A stretch of DNA of 56,366 bases. Source: Spirochaetales bacterium. GTDB lineage: Bacteria > Spirochaetota > Spirochaetia > Treponematales > UBA12059. Below the pieces are notes generated by a model that was not told the origin of the DNA, did no database searches, and saw nothing but the letters and a program-made list of their open reading frames with translations. The position numbers and the translations under genes were made by a program. The DNA lies in assembly GCA_016928955.1 (NCBI GenBank), contig JAFGJV010000059.1, positions 1 to 56,366 on the forward strand. Reading direction: 5' to 3'. Shown here in pieces: positions 11,265 through 20,898 of the stretch. Numbering within the stretch: position 1 is the stretch's first letter; the number at the start of each line of letters is the position of its first letter.

Positions 11265-11294
11265 TTGCCCCAGGATGCCCCAGCTTGCTATAGT
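11265..11294 (+). promoter_or_regulatory. Putative promoter of the B12-protein operon
   Basis: TTGCCC-N18-TATAGT with an extended -10 TG. Confidence 0.5.
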
Positions 11295-11491
11295 TATGGC
11301 TTGGGTTCTGTAAAAATGGATGCGGCCGGACGCATATCGCGCACCCCGGCCAAGCCAGGCCGCCCCATGGCGTGTGATATCTCGACACCAGGCCCAGCCC
11401 GCGCCCGCGCGGCGCGGCGGCCTTAATCGCGGCCAGTTCCTCGCAAGGACCCATCGGAGGCTCACATAACCAAGGGCGAAAGGTAGAAGCC

Positions 11492-13351
11492 ATGAACACA
11501 CGTCTGGCCAGGGGAGACACGATTGGCCTTTTGAGAACCAGCGTGGACGCGCATACCCTGGGCATAGCGGCCATAGAGGAGAGTCTGTCCGCCTGCGGCA
11601 TACGGGCCGAACGGGGTGACGACGAGCTTGCGCACGCCCTGTGCGAGGCCCCCGTGGAGCGTCTGTCCGCCATACTTACCCCCTGGGTGAGGGCAAAGGG
11701 CATAACGGCAATAGGGTTCAGCTACCGCCTGGATCCGGAAGACGGAGTCCTCTATTTCGGGCGGCTGTGGGAGGCCCTTGAGCGCGCCGGTCTCTTCTCG
11801 TGGAAGGGCGGCCCGGTCAAGGGCCTGTATTTCGCAGGGCTTCCGCCGAGCTGTGCCCTGGTCCAGGAACGTTTCCCCCGCGTGGCGGGTCTGTTCCATG
11901 GCGACGAGTCACCCGCGGAGAGCCTGGCCATACTCGGCGTGGAACACGCCAGCATGCCGCTGTCCTTGGCCCAAGGATCCGCCTACGACGAGGACCGCAT
12001 GGCCTTCGGGCGCGAGCTTGTGGCCGCTGGCGGCTGGAAGTCAGTACGTCCGCACGAGCGGTCCTACCCCGGATTTGGCCAGCGTGGAGACGGCCTTGTG
12101 GCCCGCGTGGACTATCATCGAGCCCGAGGCCTGGGGCCGCTCATGCGCGCCCACGTGGGCCCCTACCTGCCCGACCGCAAGGAAGCCGTGGACCTTTTCC
12201 TGGACTGGACGCGGACCCTGGCCACGGCGGGCCTCTTGGACATACTGTCCGTCGGCAGTTCCCAGCTTACCCAGGAAGCCTTTGGGCATGACTGGGCGGA
12301 CAGGCCAAACGGCGGCGGCGTGCCCATAAACTCGGAGGACGAATTCCACGCCGTGTGGAAAGCGGCGCGGCCTATGCTGGTCCGGGCGTACTCCGGCACC
12401 AGTGACGCGGCGGGCATGGCCGGCATCCTTGAGCGAACCATAGACATAGCGTGGCACGCCCTGTCGTTCTGGTGGTTCTCACGCTTGGACGGCCGAGGAC
12501 CGCATCCCGTGGACAGGAACCTCCGCGAGCATTTTGCCGCCCTCCGCGTCATAGCCGCCAGCGGAAAGCCCTTTGAGCCCAACGTTCCCCATCATTTCGC
12601 CTTCCGCGGGGCAGACGACCTGTCCTACGTGGTGTCCGGTTACGCGGCCGCGCGCGCCGCCAAGGCCACGGGCATCAAAACCCTGGTGCTCCAGACCATG
12701 CTGAACACGCCCAAGCACACCTTTGGCGTCCAGGACCTGGCCAAGGCGCGAGCTCTCCTGGCCCTCACGCGCGGCCTTGAGGACGGCGGTTTCCGTGTCA
12801 TTCTCCAGCCCCGCGGCGGCCTGGATTACTTCTCCCCGGACGAGGACAAGGCCAAGGCCCAGCTGGCCGCGGTCACCGCCCTCATGGACGATATAGAGCC
12901 CGGGCGCAACGACAGCCCGGACGTCATCCACGTGGTCAGCTACACGGAAGGCAAGCGCCTTGCGGACCCGGACGCGGTCAACGACAGCGTCCGCCTTACA
13001 CGGCACGCCCTGGCCGAGTGGCGCAAACAGCGCGCGCAGGGGCGGGCCGCGGGATGGCTGGGCGACGCGGCCGAGCGGAGCTCGGCTTTGGAAGCCCAGG
13101 CGCGTTCGTACATACACGCCATGGAGGAAGACATACCCGACCCGTACACGCCGGACGGCATGCACCGCATGCTGAAGGATGGCTGGTTTGCCCTGCCCTG
13201 GCTCGCTGCCGAGCGGGACCAGTACGCGGCCGCCGCGTCGTGGCTCACCCGGCCGGTCGACGGAGGGGTGGCCGTGGTGGACGCGGAAGGCAAGGCCGTG
13301 CCGCTGGACGAACGGATCCGCATCATACGCGAAAGGAGGGCCCGTGGCTAA
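11492..13351 (+). CDS. Cobalamin-binding-domain protein, putative B12-dependent mutase of unknown substrate
   Basis: N-terminal DAHTLG (DxHxxG), FSYRL and FAG base-off motifs. Large C-terminal domain (RAHVGP, NGGGVP, HHFAFRG) with no CxxxCxxC. Confidence 0.7.
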   Translation: MNTRLARGDTIGLLRTSVDAHTLGIAAIEESLSACGIRAERGDDELAHALCEAPVERLSAILTPWVRAKGITAIGFSYRLDPEDGVLYFGRLWEALERAGLFSWKGGPVKGLYFAGLPPSCALVQERFPRVAGLFHGDESPAESLAILGVEHASMPLSLAQGSAYDEDRMAFGRELVAAGGWKSVRPHERSYPGFGQRGDGLVARVDYHRARGLGPLMRAHVGPYLPDRKEAVDLFLDWTRTLATAGLLDILSVGSSQLTQEAFGHDWADRPNGGGVPINSEDEFHAVWKAARPMLVRAYSGTSDAAGMAGILERTIDIAWHALSFWWFSRLDGRGPHPVDRNLREHFAALRVIAASGKPFEPNVPHHFAFRGADDLSYVVSGYAAARAAKATGIKTLVLQTMLNTPKHTFGVQDLAKARALLALTRGLEDGGFRVILQPRGGLDYFSPDEDKAKAQLAAVTALMDDIEPGRNDSPDVIHVVSYTEGKRLADPDAVNDSVRLTRHALAEWRKQRAQGRAAGWLGDAAERSSALEAQARSYIHAMEEDIPDPYTPDGMHRMLKDGWFALPWLAAERDQYAAAASWLTRPVDGGVAVVDAEGKAVPLDERIRIIRERRARG

Positions 13352-14513
13352 AACGAGGGACGAACGAATCCTGTCGCCGCTCAAAAAGGCGGCGGCCAAG
13401 GGCAAGGAGCTCAGGTGGTGCGTGGTGGGCGCCGGCAACGGCGGCCTGGCCATGGCGGGGCATCTGGGCATCATGGGTTTTCCCGTCAGCATATACAACC
13501 GCACGGACGAGCGCCTGGCCGGCGTCCGGTGGCACGGCGGCGTCCATGTGGACGGCGACGTCAACGGCTTTGGGCCCGTGGGCGTGGCCACCAGCGAGAT
13601 GGGGGAGGCCCTTGAGGGCGCTGATGTGGTCATGGTGGTCACGCCGTCCACAGCCCACGGCTGGCTGGCTGCCCAGATGGCGCCCTACCTGACCGACGGC
13701 CAGCTGGTCGTCCTCAACCCGGGGCGCACCGGCGGCGCCCTGGAATTCCGCAAGGTGCTCCTGGACCAGGGCATACAGGCCAAGCCGGTCATAGCTGAGG
13801 CCCAGACCTTCATATACGCGTCCAGGGCCTACACGCGCCACGACGCCCACATATTCAAGATCAAGAACGAGGTGGCCTTGGCTACCCTGCCCTCGTACTG
13901 GATACCGGACGCCCTCAACGTGCTCCGCATAGCCTTTCCGCAGTTCACGGCGGGCGGCAACGTGCTGGCAACCAGCGTGGAGAACATAGGCGCCGTCTTC
14001 CACCCCGCCCTGACCATACTCAACGCCGGCTGGATAGAGGCCACCGGCGGCGACTTTGAGTACTATATCCAGGGCATCACCCCGTCCGTGGCCAAGGTGC
14101 TCGAACAGGTCGACGCCGAACGCCTGGACGTGGCCCGCGCCCTGGGGCAGAGAAGCGTGTCCGCGCGCGAGTGGCTGTACCTGAGCTACGACTCAACGGG
14201 CAAGAACCTGTATGAGGCCATACGCGACACCGCCGGCTACCACGGCATCAAGGCGCCGCCGAGCGTGGCCCACCGCTACATCTGGGAAGACGTGCCCATG
14301 AGCCTTGTCCCCCTGTCGTCCATCGGGGCGATGCTTGGCGTGGCCACGCCGACCATAGACATGGTCATACGCCTGGGCTCCCTGCTCCACGGCCGCGACT
14401 ATTACGCCGAGGGCCGCACGGTGGAGCGCCTGGGCATAGCCGGCCTCGGAATCAAAGCCATACACCGCATCGTCGCCGATCCAGACGAGCCAGACGGAGG
14501 TACACCCACATGA
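13344..14513 (+). CDS. NAD/NADP octopine/nopaline (opine) dehydrogenase family protein
   Basis: GAGNGG Rossmann motif, LNPGRTGGA, N.GAVFHP, HRYIWEDVP. GTG start after AGGAGG. Confidence 0.88.
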   Translation: MAKTRDERILSPLKKAAAKGKELRWCVVGAGNGGLAMAGHLGIMGFPVSIYNRTDERLAGVRWHGGVHVDGDVNGFGPVGVATSEMGEALEGADVVMVVTPSTAHGWLAAQMAPYLTDGQLVVLNPGRTGGALEFRKVLLDQGIQAKPVIAEAQTFIYASRAYTRHDAHIFKIKNEVALATLPSYWIPDALNVLRIAFPQFTAGGNVLATSVENIGAVFHPALTILNAGWIEATGGDFEYYIQGITPSVAKVLEQVDAERLDVARALGQRSVSAREWLYLSYDSTGKNLYEAIRDTAGYHGIKAPPSVAHRYIWEDVPMSLVPLSSIGAMLGVATPTIDMVIRLGSLLHGRDYYAEGRTVERLGIAGLGIKAIHRIVADPDEPDGGTPT

Positions 14514-15196
14514 ACCAATTCTTGGACGCGGTAGTGCGCGTATGGACGGGGATGCCCCTGATCCTGACCACCTTTATCACCCTGATAGCAGGCTGGCTGG
14601 CCGCCGTACTGTCCCGCTTTTTGGTCACCAAGACCCTCAAGATCCTCCGCGCGGACAAGCTGAGCGAGCGCCTGGGCGTGGACGAATTCCTCCGCAAGGG
14701 CGGCGTCCAGTACTCGGTCATACAGCTCATCGGCGTGCTGACCTTCTGGATATTCATAGGCGCCACCCTCATCATCATATCCACCATGCTGGACATCACG
14801 GTGGTGACGGCCCTGTGGAACCGCGTGCTGTCCACCCTGCCAGGCGTGTTCGCCGGACTGCTTATCACGGCGCTGGGCATCATCCTGGTGACCTTCTTTG
14901 CCAACTTCACCCTGACCATAGCCAGGAACGCGGGCTGGCCGCAGGCGGACCTTTGGGGCAAGGCAATCAAGTACTCGGGCATCTTCGTGGTCGCCCTCAT
15001 AGCCCTGGAGCAAATAGGCTTCCGCGGCAACGTGCTGTCCTACCTGCTCCTCATAGCCTTTGCCGCGCTGGCCCTTGGGCTGGCCCTGGCCTTTGGCCTG
15101 GGCTGCAAGGACCTGGCCCGGGGCTGGATGGAACGCGTCATCCGCAACCTGCGCGAGCGCGGGCGGAGCGCCCATCCCACGGACCTGGAAGGTTAG
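14510..15196 (+). CDS. Membrane protein with conserved TM-helix repeats (MscS N-terminal/CmpX-like)
   Basis: Two LP.I/V…G helix repeats, ALEQIG, ALAFGLGCKD. ATGA overlap with the upstream gene. Confidence 0.7.
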   Translation: MNQFLDAVVRVWTGMPLILTTFITLIAGWLAAVLSRFLVTKTLKILRADKLSERLGVDEFLRKGGVQYSVIQLIGVLTFWIFIGATLIIISTMLDITVVTALWNRVLSTLPGVFAGLLITALGIILVTFFANFTLTIARNAGWPQADLWGKAIKYSGIFVVALIALEQIGFRGNVLSYLLLIAFAALALGLALAFGLGCKDLARGWMERVIRNLRERGRSAHPTDLEG

Positions 15197-15341
15197 CGCC
15201 AGCCTTATTGGTCGCCTGGAGACATTGAGGCGCGTACGGGCGCTGCCGTCTCTGCCGGCGCCCGAGCCGCCAGGCGCCCGTCCTTGCCCGCCCGGTGCCC
15301 GTACACTAGACTTTCCTCTATAGGGACAATGAGGGGGGTCT

Positions 15342-16220
15342 ATGTCCGGGCGTCGGCATGGCATTGTTTCTCTCTTGGTTGCGTCCGCCATGGCCGTCGT
15401 GTGCGTGTCGTGCCAAAAACCGGCCGCCCAGCCAGCTTCCCTGCCCGTACAGGCCGCCGAACCCCTGAGCTTTGGCGTGGCCCCCATATATGACGTCAAA
15501 AGCACCCTTGCCCTGTTCCAGCCCTGTGCCGACATACTGACCGAGGCCCTGGGCAGGCCGGTTCGCGTGGTAACGGCCGAGGACATCAACTCGTTCATAC
15601 AGCGGGCCGCGTCGGGGGACTACGACTTTGTGTGGATTACCATCTACGGGTATATGGAGCTTCAAGAGCAGGCGGGCTGGGAGATACTGGCCTCTGGCAG
15701 GCCGGAATTCAGAGGCATCGCCGTGGTACGCACGGATTCAGCTATCCAGACGCCGGCCGACCTCAAAGGCGCTCGCGTGGCTGCGGTCAGCCCGCGCTCC
15801 TTTGGCGGGTACCTGTTCCTCAGGCCCCTGGTCAAGGAGGCGGGCCTGTCCATGGACACTGACATGAGCGTTAGCTTCCACGACAGCGTCCAGAGCCTTC
15901 CGTTCCTGGTGGTCAACGGTAAGGCAGACGTGGCCCTGTTCGGCGAGGATTCCTACGCCCGCTCGCCCGTATACAACAGCACCAAGGACCAGCTCAGGGT
16001 CATAGCTGTAAGCCCGCCCATACCTCAGTTCCCCTTCGCCGCGGCTCCCGACTTGCCGCCCGACATCAAGGATGGGCTCCGGGAAACTCTCGGGTCCATT
16101 TCCGGCCGCGACGAGCGCGAACGTACCTTCCTCAAGGGACTGGTGCTCGAGCGTATGGCGCCGGCCAAGGATGAGGATTACGCCGGGTTCCTGGCTTTCT
16201 ATAAGGCAGCGCTTGAATGA
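15342..16220 (+). CDS. PhnD/phosphate-phosphonate-type substrate-binding lipoprotein
   Basis: Lipobox-like VS-C, DLKGARVA, SFGGYL, VIAVSPPIP. Confidence 0.75.
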   Translation: MSGRRHGIVSLLVASAMAVVCVSCQKPAAQPASLPVQAAEPLSFGVAPIYDVKSTLALFQPCADILTEALGRPVRVVTAEDINSFIQRAASGDYDFVWITIYGYMELQEQAGWEILASGRPEFRGIAVVRTDSAIQTPADLKGARVAAVSPRSFGGYLFLRPLVKEAGLSMDTDMSVSFHDSVQSLPFLVVNGKADVALFGEDSYARSPVYNSTKDQLRVIAVSPPIPQFPFAAAPDLPPDIKDGLRETLGSISGRDERERTFLKGLVLERMAPAKDEDYAGFLAFYKAALE

Positions 16221-18100
16221 CGACCACACAGAAGCGCGGGCGCCGCCAGCCGGTCAGGATCAGGGCCGTAGCCTTGGTCGCCTTTGGCCTGGCCGGCCTT
16301 ATAGCAACGGTGATCGTTGGCATGGCGTCCATGCTCAGATTCAGAGACAGCGCCATGGACCAAAGTAAAGCCTACGCCCACATGCTGGCAGAATCCCTGG
16401 CCATAGCCGCCATCGATCCCCTGGTCATAGAAGCATACGTGTCCCTTGAGGGCGCTGTGGGCATGTACGCCAGCCGGACGGACGTTACCCGAGTGCTTGT
16501 ATGCGACTATGCCGGCAGGGTCGTGGCGTCAAGCGACCCAGGATTGCTCGGCTCGTTCCCGCCGGGCTTGGCCGACGGCGTGACGGAGCCATCGGGCCAC
16601 CTATCCGACTCCGGCTGGGAGCACACGGTTGGCAGGGACAGCTACGAGGCGGGCGCGCGCGTACGCTGCGCGGGAGCCAACCTTGGCGCTGTATACGTCA
16701 CGGTGTCCCTGTCGTCCATTCGTTCGTCCATGGCCACCATCCTCCTGTTCATCGTAGTGACCGGTCTTGGCGCATGGGCCATATCGCTCTTTTTTGCCCA
16801 CGGCATGTCCCGCCTCATAGCCGTCCCCGTGGAAAAAGTCACGGACCTGGCCGGCCGCATAGCCGGCGGCGACTTCAACGTGGAACCACAGCCTTCAGGC
16901 ATACGCGAGCTCGACCAGCTTGGCAAGGCCCTGGCCTGGATGGCCACGGCCATACGCACGCGCGAGGGAGAACTGTCCGCGGCCCGTGAGGCTGCGGATA
17001 GGCAGAACAAGGCCAAAAGCGTGTTCCTGCAGGCCGCCAGCCACGAGCTTCGCACGCCGCTCAACGGCATCCAGGGCATACTGTCGGTGTCGCACGACCA
17101 ATGCGAGCATCCCGACAGAGCGGCCCTGCTCGCCCAGCGGGTATCCCAGCTTTCCATGATTGTGGACGGGCTCATGGACGTGGCCTCTTTTGACGCCGGG
17201 CCGCCCTCGCTCATACATGAAGCCTTCCCGTGTTCAGAATTGGTGGCCGACTTGCGCACGGCCGCCCGTATGGCCATGGAGACGTCGCGCCTGGAACTGG
17301 TAGAGGATATAGGCACTTTGCCCGCACGGCTTGTGGGTGACGAGCGTCGCCTTGTCCAGGTAGGCAGGCAATTCCTGTCTAATGCGGCCAAATTCGCCAC
17401 CGCGGGCCCCGTTCGCCTAGGGCTCTCCTACGGTGACGGCATTTTGAAACTCAGCGTATCTGACGGAGGGCCCGGCATAGCACCGGAAAGACGCGCCGAG
17501 CTGTTCAAACCCTTTGATATTTTGGATGATCCGCGAACCAGAAAGTCCGGTGGAGCCGGCCTGGGCCTGGCCATAGCGGCAGGCATCGTCAGGGCCGCGG
17601 GCGGGTCCGTGGCCGTGGAGGATAGCCCGGATGGCGGAGCACTGTTCACAGCGCAGTTCCCCGTACAGGCCCTGGAAAAAGAAGCCGAATCGGCGCAGAC
17701 CAGGCCAGGCCAGGACGCCACCCCCGGGGAACCCGGTGAAAAAACGGTGCTTTTGGTTGAGGACGAGGCCATCAACCGGCTATACGCCAAAAACCTGCTC
17801 AAACGCTCGGGGTACCGCGTGGCAGTGGCCGCTGACGGCCAGGAGGCGGTGGATATGGCCATGCGCAGCCGCTTTGACATCATCCTCATGGACATAGGGC
17901 TCCCGGCCATGAGCGGCATTGAGGCCGCCAGGCGCATACGCTCGGCGTCTGGCCTGAATACGGCCTCTCCCATCATCGCCGTCAGCGCCCACGACCTGCC
18001 GGACGACCGCAGGCTGTGCCAAGAGGCCGGCATGGACGGCTTTGTCCCAAAACCCATCAACGAGCGGGAGCTCCTGGAAAAAATGGCGTCCGCCTGCTAG
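16217..18100 (+). CDS. Hybrid sensor histidine kinase/response regulator (2 TM, HAMP, HisKA, HATPase, REC)
   Basis: SHELRTPL, NAAKF, DGGPGI, GAGLGL. Receiver motifs LVEDE, LMDI, KP. Confidence 0.92.
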   Translation: MTTTQKRGRRQPVRIRAVALVAFGLAGLIATVIVGMASMLRFRDSAMDQSKAYAHMLAESLAIAAIDPLVIEAYVSLEGAVGMYASRTDVTRVLVCDYAGRVVASSDPGLLGSFPPGLADGVTEPSGHLSDSGWEHTVGRDSYEAGARVRCAGANLGAVYVTVSLSSIRSSMATILLFIVVTGLGAWAISLFFAHGMSRLIAVPVEKVTDLAGRIAGGDFNVEPQPSGIRELDQLGKALAWMATAIRTREGELSAAREAADRQNKAKSVFLQAASHELRTPLNGIQGILSVSHDQCEHPDRAALLAQRVSQLSMIVDGLMDVASFDAGPPSLIHEAFPCSELVADLRTAARMAMETSRLELVEDIGTLPARLVGDERRLVQVGRQFLSNAAKFATAGPVRLGLSYGDGILKLSVSDGGPGIAPERRAELFKPFDILDDPRTRKSGGAGLGLAIAAGIVRAAGGSVAVEDSPDGGALFTAQFPVQALEKEAESAQTRPGQDATPGEPGEKTVLLVEDEAINRLYAKNLLKRSGYRVAVAADGQEAVDMAMRSRFDIILMDIGLPAMSGIEAARRIRSASGLNTASPIIAVSAHDLPDDRRLCQEAGMDGFVPKPINERELLEKMASAC

Positions 18101-18163
18101 CAGGCGCCTGAACCGCCCGCCCACCTTGTTTTTTGCCCCCGGAACGGGTATTTTTACACAACG

Positions 18164-18475
18164 GTGGCAGATCATTCAGATGTGGAAAGCGGCGTACTCG
18201 TCGAGGACGCCCAGGAAACCAGGGAGCCGGATGAATACCGGGTCATACTCCTCAACGACGACTTCACCACGATGGAATTCGTGGTGGCTGTCGTGGTGTC
18301 CGTATTCCACAAGACCGTCGATGAGGCGACGCGCATCATGCTGGACGTGCACCGCAGAGGCCGGGGCATGGTAGGCGTGTACACGTATGACATAGCCGCC
18401 ACCAAAATTCAGCGCGTGCACGCTATGGCGCGGGACAAGGGTTTCCCGCTCAAATGCATCATGGAGAAGGCATAG
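18164..18475 (+). CDS. clpS: ATP-dependent Clp protease adaptor ClpS
   Basis: YRVILLNDDFTTMEFVV, MLDVHRRG, FPL. Confidence 0.97.
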   Translation: MADHSDVESGVLVEDAQETREPDEYRVILLNDDFTTMEFVVAVVVSVFHKTVDEATRIMLDVHRRGRGMVGVYTYDIAATKIQRVHAMARDKGFPLKCIMEKA

Positions 18476-18481
18476 TTCACG

Positions 18482-20782
18482 ATGAAGGTAAGCCAGCAAG
18501 TCCAGGCCATATTCAACGCCGCGTACAACGAGGCCAAGCTCAGGAACCACGAGTACCTGACGCCGGAACACATCCTGTACGCGTCCCTGTCCTTTGAGCC
18601 GGTTAGGGCCATACTCACGGCCTGCGACGCGGATCTTGAGAACCTTAAGCAGGGCATGGAGGCGTATTTCGACCAGAAGATACCCGCGGTCAAGGACCAG
18701 GAGCCCATACAGACGGCCGGTTTCCAGAGCGTCATAGAGCGGGCCGTGCTGCAGTCCCAGGGCTCAGGCAAGCCGGAAGTCGGCATACCGGAAGTCCTTG
18801 TGTCCCTCTTCGACGAGGAGCGCAACTACTCCGCCTATTACCTGCGCAAATCCGGCGTCAACCGTCTCCACCTCCTTGAGGTGATCAGCCACGGGTCCGA
18901 CGCGGACGACGTTCCGCCTCCGGTGTTTGACGACCAGCACGACGACCAGGGCCCCTCCCCGTTCTCCGATCCGGACGACGAGGAAGCGGGCGCCAGGGCC
19001 CGCACCCGAACCACCATCAGGCCGGGCGCCCTTGAGCGCTTTACCACCGACCTGACCAAGCTGGCCAGAGAAGGCAAGCTGGAACCGGTCATAGGCCGCG
19101 AATCCGAGATAGAGCGCACCGTGCAGGTGCTGTGCAGAAGGCTCAAGAACAACCCCATTCACGTGGGCGACGCCGGCGTGGGCAAGACGGCCATCACCGA
19201 GGGCCTGGCCCAGCGCATCGTGGCGGGCACGGTGCCGGCGCGTCTCCGCGACTACGCCATCTTCAGCCTGGACATGGGCTCGCTGATAGCCGGCACCAAG
19301 TTCCGCGGCGACTTCGAGGAGCGGGTCAAGCGCGTGGTCGACGAGCTGCTCAAGAAGGAAAAGGTGATCCTGTTCATAGACGAGATCCACACCATCGTGG
19401 GCGCTGGATCGGTGACAGGCGGATCCATGGACGCGTCCAACCTCCTGAAGCCCGCCCTCACCTCGGGCCGCCTCCGCTGCATCGGCTCAACCACCTATGA
19501 CGAGTACAACAAATTCTTCGACAAGGACCGCGCCCTGTCGCGTCGCTTCCAGAAAATAGACATCGTTGAGCCCACCGTGGGCGAGGCCGTGGACATACTC
19601 AAGGGCCTCAGGCCCAAGTACGAGGAATACCACGACGTCCGCTACGACGACGAGGCCCTGGAGCTGGCGGCCAGGCTGTCCAGCCAGTTCATCACCGAGC
19701 GCCGCCTGCCTGACAAGGCCATAGACGTGATAGACGAGGCCGGCGCCTGGGCCCGCATACGCGCGTTCAAGGCCGGCGACGAGGCCGCCGGCACCCTGGG
19801 CATAGGGCGGCCCGAGATAGAGACCGTGGTCGCCAAGATCGCCCGCATACCGGAAAAGAGCGTGGGCCAGGACGAGCGCGACCGGCTGGCCCACCTGGAG
19901 CCGGACCTCAAGGCCGCCGTGTTCGGCCAGGACACCGCCATAGACGCCGTGGTCCGCGCGGTCAAGCGCAGCCGCGCCGGCTTCCGCTCCCCGGACAAGC
20001 CCGTGGCCAACTTCCTGTTCGTGGGGCCAACCGGAGTCGGCAAGACGGAACTGGCGCGCCAGCTGTCTGCCACGCTGGGCATAGCCCTGCATCGCTTTGA
20101 CATGTCCGAGTACCAGGAAAAGCACACGGTCAGCCGCCTGATCGGCTCGCCGCCCGGCTACGTGGGCTACGAGGAAGGCGGCCTGCTCACGGACGCCATC
20201 CGCAAGACGCCGCACGCCGTGGTCCTCCTGGACGAGATCGAGAAGGCCCACCCGGACGTGTACAACATCCTCTTATCCATCATGGATTACGCCACCCTGA
20301 CGGACAACCAGGGCCGCAAGGCGGATTTCCGCAACGTGATCCTGATCATGACCAGCAACGCGGGCGCCCGGGACATAGGCAAGCCGCTGATCGGCTTTGG
20401 CGAACGGGCCTTCACCGAGAGCGCCATAGACGACGCGGTGCAGAAGGCCTTCACGCCCGAATTCCGCAATCGCCTGGACGCGGTGGTGCGCTTCGGCCGC
20501 CTGCCCGCGCCCGTCATCGAACGCATCGTGTCCAAGGCCCTGGACGAGTTCCGCGCCCAGCTGACGGAGAAGAAGGTGACCCTGGACGTGTCGGACGCGG
20601 CGGTCAAGCGCCTGGCCGAGCTGGGGTATTCCGATGAGTTCGGCGCGCGCAACGTCGGCCGCGTGGTCGAGGACAAAATCAAGACCTGGTTCGTGGACGA
20701 GGTCCTGTTCGGACGCCTGCGCGACGGCGGCGCCGTATCCGCCGACGTCAAAGACGGCGAGATTACGCTCACGGTCGCCTGA
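18482..20782 (+). CDS. clpA: ATP-dependent Clp protease ATP-binding subunit ClpA
   Basis: Two AAA modules (GDAGVGKT, GPTGVGKT), IGF ClpP-binding loop, no M-domain, directly follows clpS. Confidence 0.96.
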   Translation: MKVSQQVQAIFNAAYNEAKLRNHEYLTPEHILYASLSFEPVRAILTACDADLENLKQGMEAYFDQKIPAVKDQEPIQTAGFQSVIERAVLQSQGSGKPEVGIPEVLVSLFDEERNYSAYYLRKSGVNRLHLLEVISHGSDADDVPPPVFDDQHDDQGPSPFSDPDDEEAGARARTRTTIRPGALERFTTDLTKLAREGKLEPVIGRESEIERTVQVLCRRLKNNPIHVGDAGVGKTAITEGLAQRIVAGTVPARLRDYAIFSLDMGSLIAGTKFRGDFEERVKRVVDELLKKEKVILFIDEIHTIVGAGSVTGGSMDASNLLKPALTSGRLRCIGSTTYDEYNKFFDKDRALSRRFQKIDIVEPTVGEAVDILKGLRPKYEEYHDVRYDDEALELAARLSSQFITERRLPDKAIDVIDEAGAWARIRAFKAGDEAAGTLGIGRPEIETVVAKIARIPEKSVGQDERDRLAHLEPDLKAAVFGQDTAIDAVVRAVKRSRAGFRSPDKPVANFLFVGPTGVGKTELARQLSATLGIALHRFDMSEYQEKHTVSRLIGSPPGYVGYEEGGLLTDAIRKTPHAVVLLDEIEKAHPDVYNILLSIMDYATLTDNQGRKADFRNVILIMTSNAGARDIGKPLIGFGERAFTESAIDDAVQKAFTPEFRNRLDAVVRFGRLPAPVIERIVSKALDEFRAQLTEKKVTLDVSDAAVKRLAELGYSDEFGARNVGRVVEDKIKTWFVDEVLFGRLRDGGAVSADVKDGEITLTVA

Positions 20783-20898
20783 AAGCCCCGGCGGGCCGCT
20801 CCTCCAAGGCACGCCTCCCGCGGTCTTTTTGTGCTATACTTGTGGACGGGCCGCCTGGGTGCGGTCCGTCGCCACTCAATTATATTTCGGAGCCCGGC

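Noticed and set aside
11298..11491. Cobalamin riboswitch or 6S RNA upstream of the B12 gene
   Set aside because: I see no B12-box motifs, and the pairing pattern is not the long rod of 6S RNA.
10707..11501. Small ORFs between thrS and the B12 gene
   Set aside because: The region is explained by the T-box and divergent promoters, and the translations look like noise.
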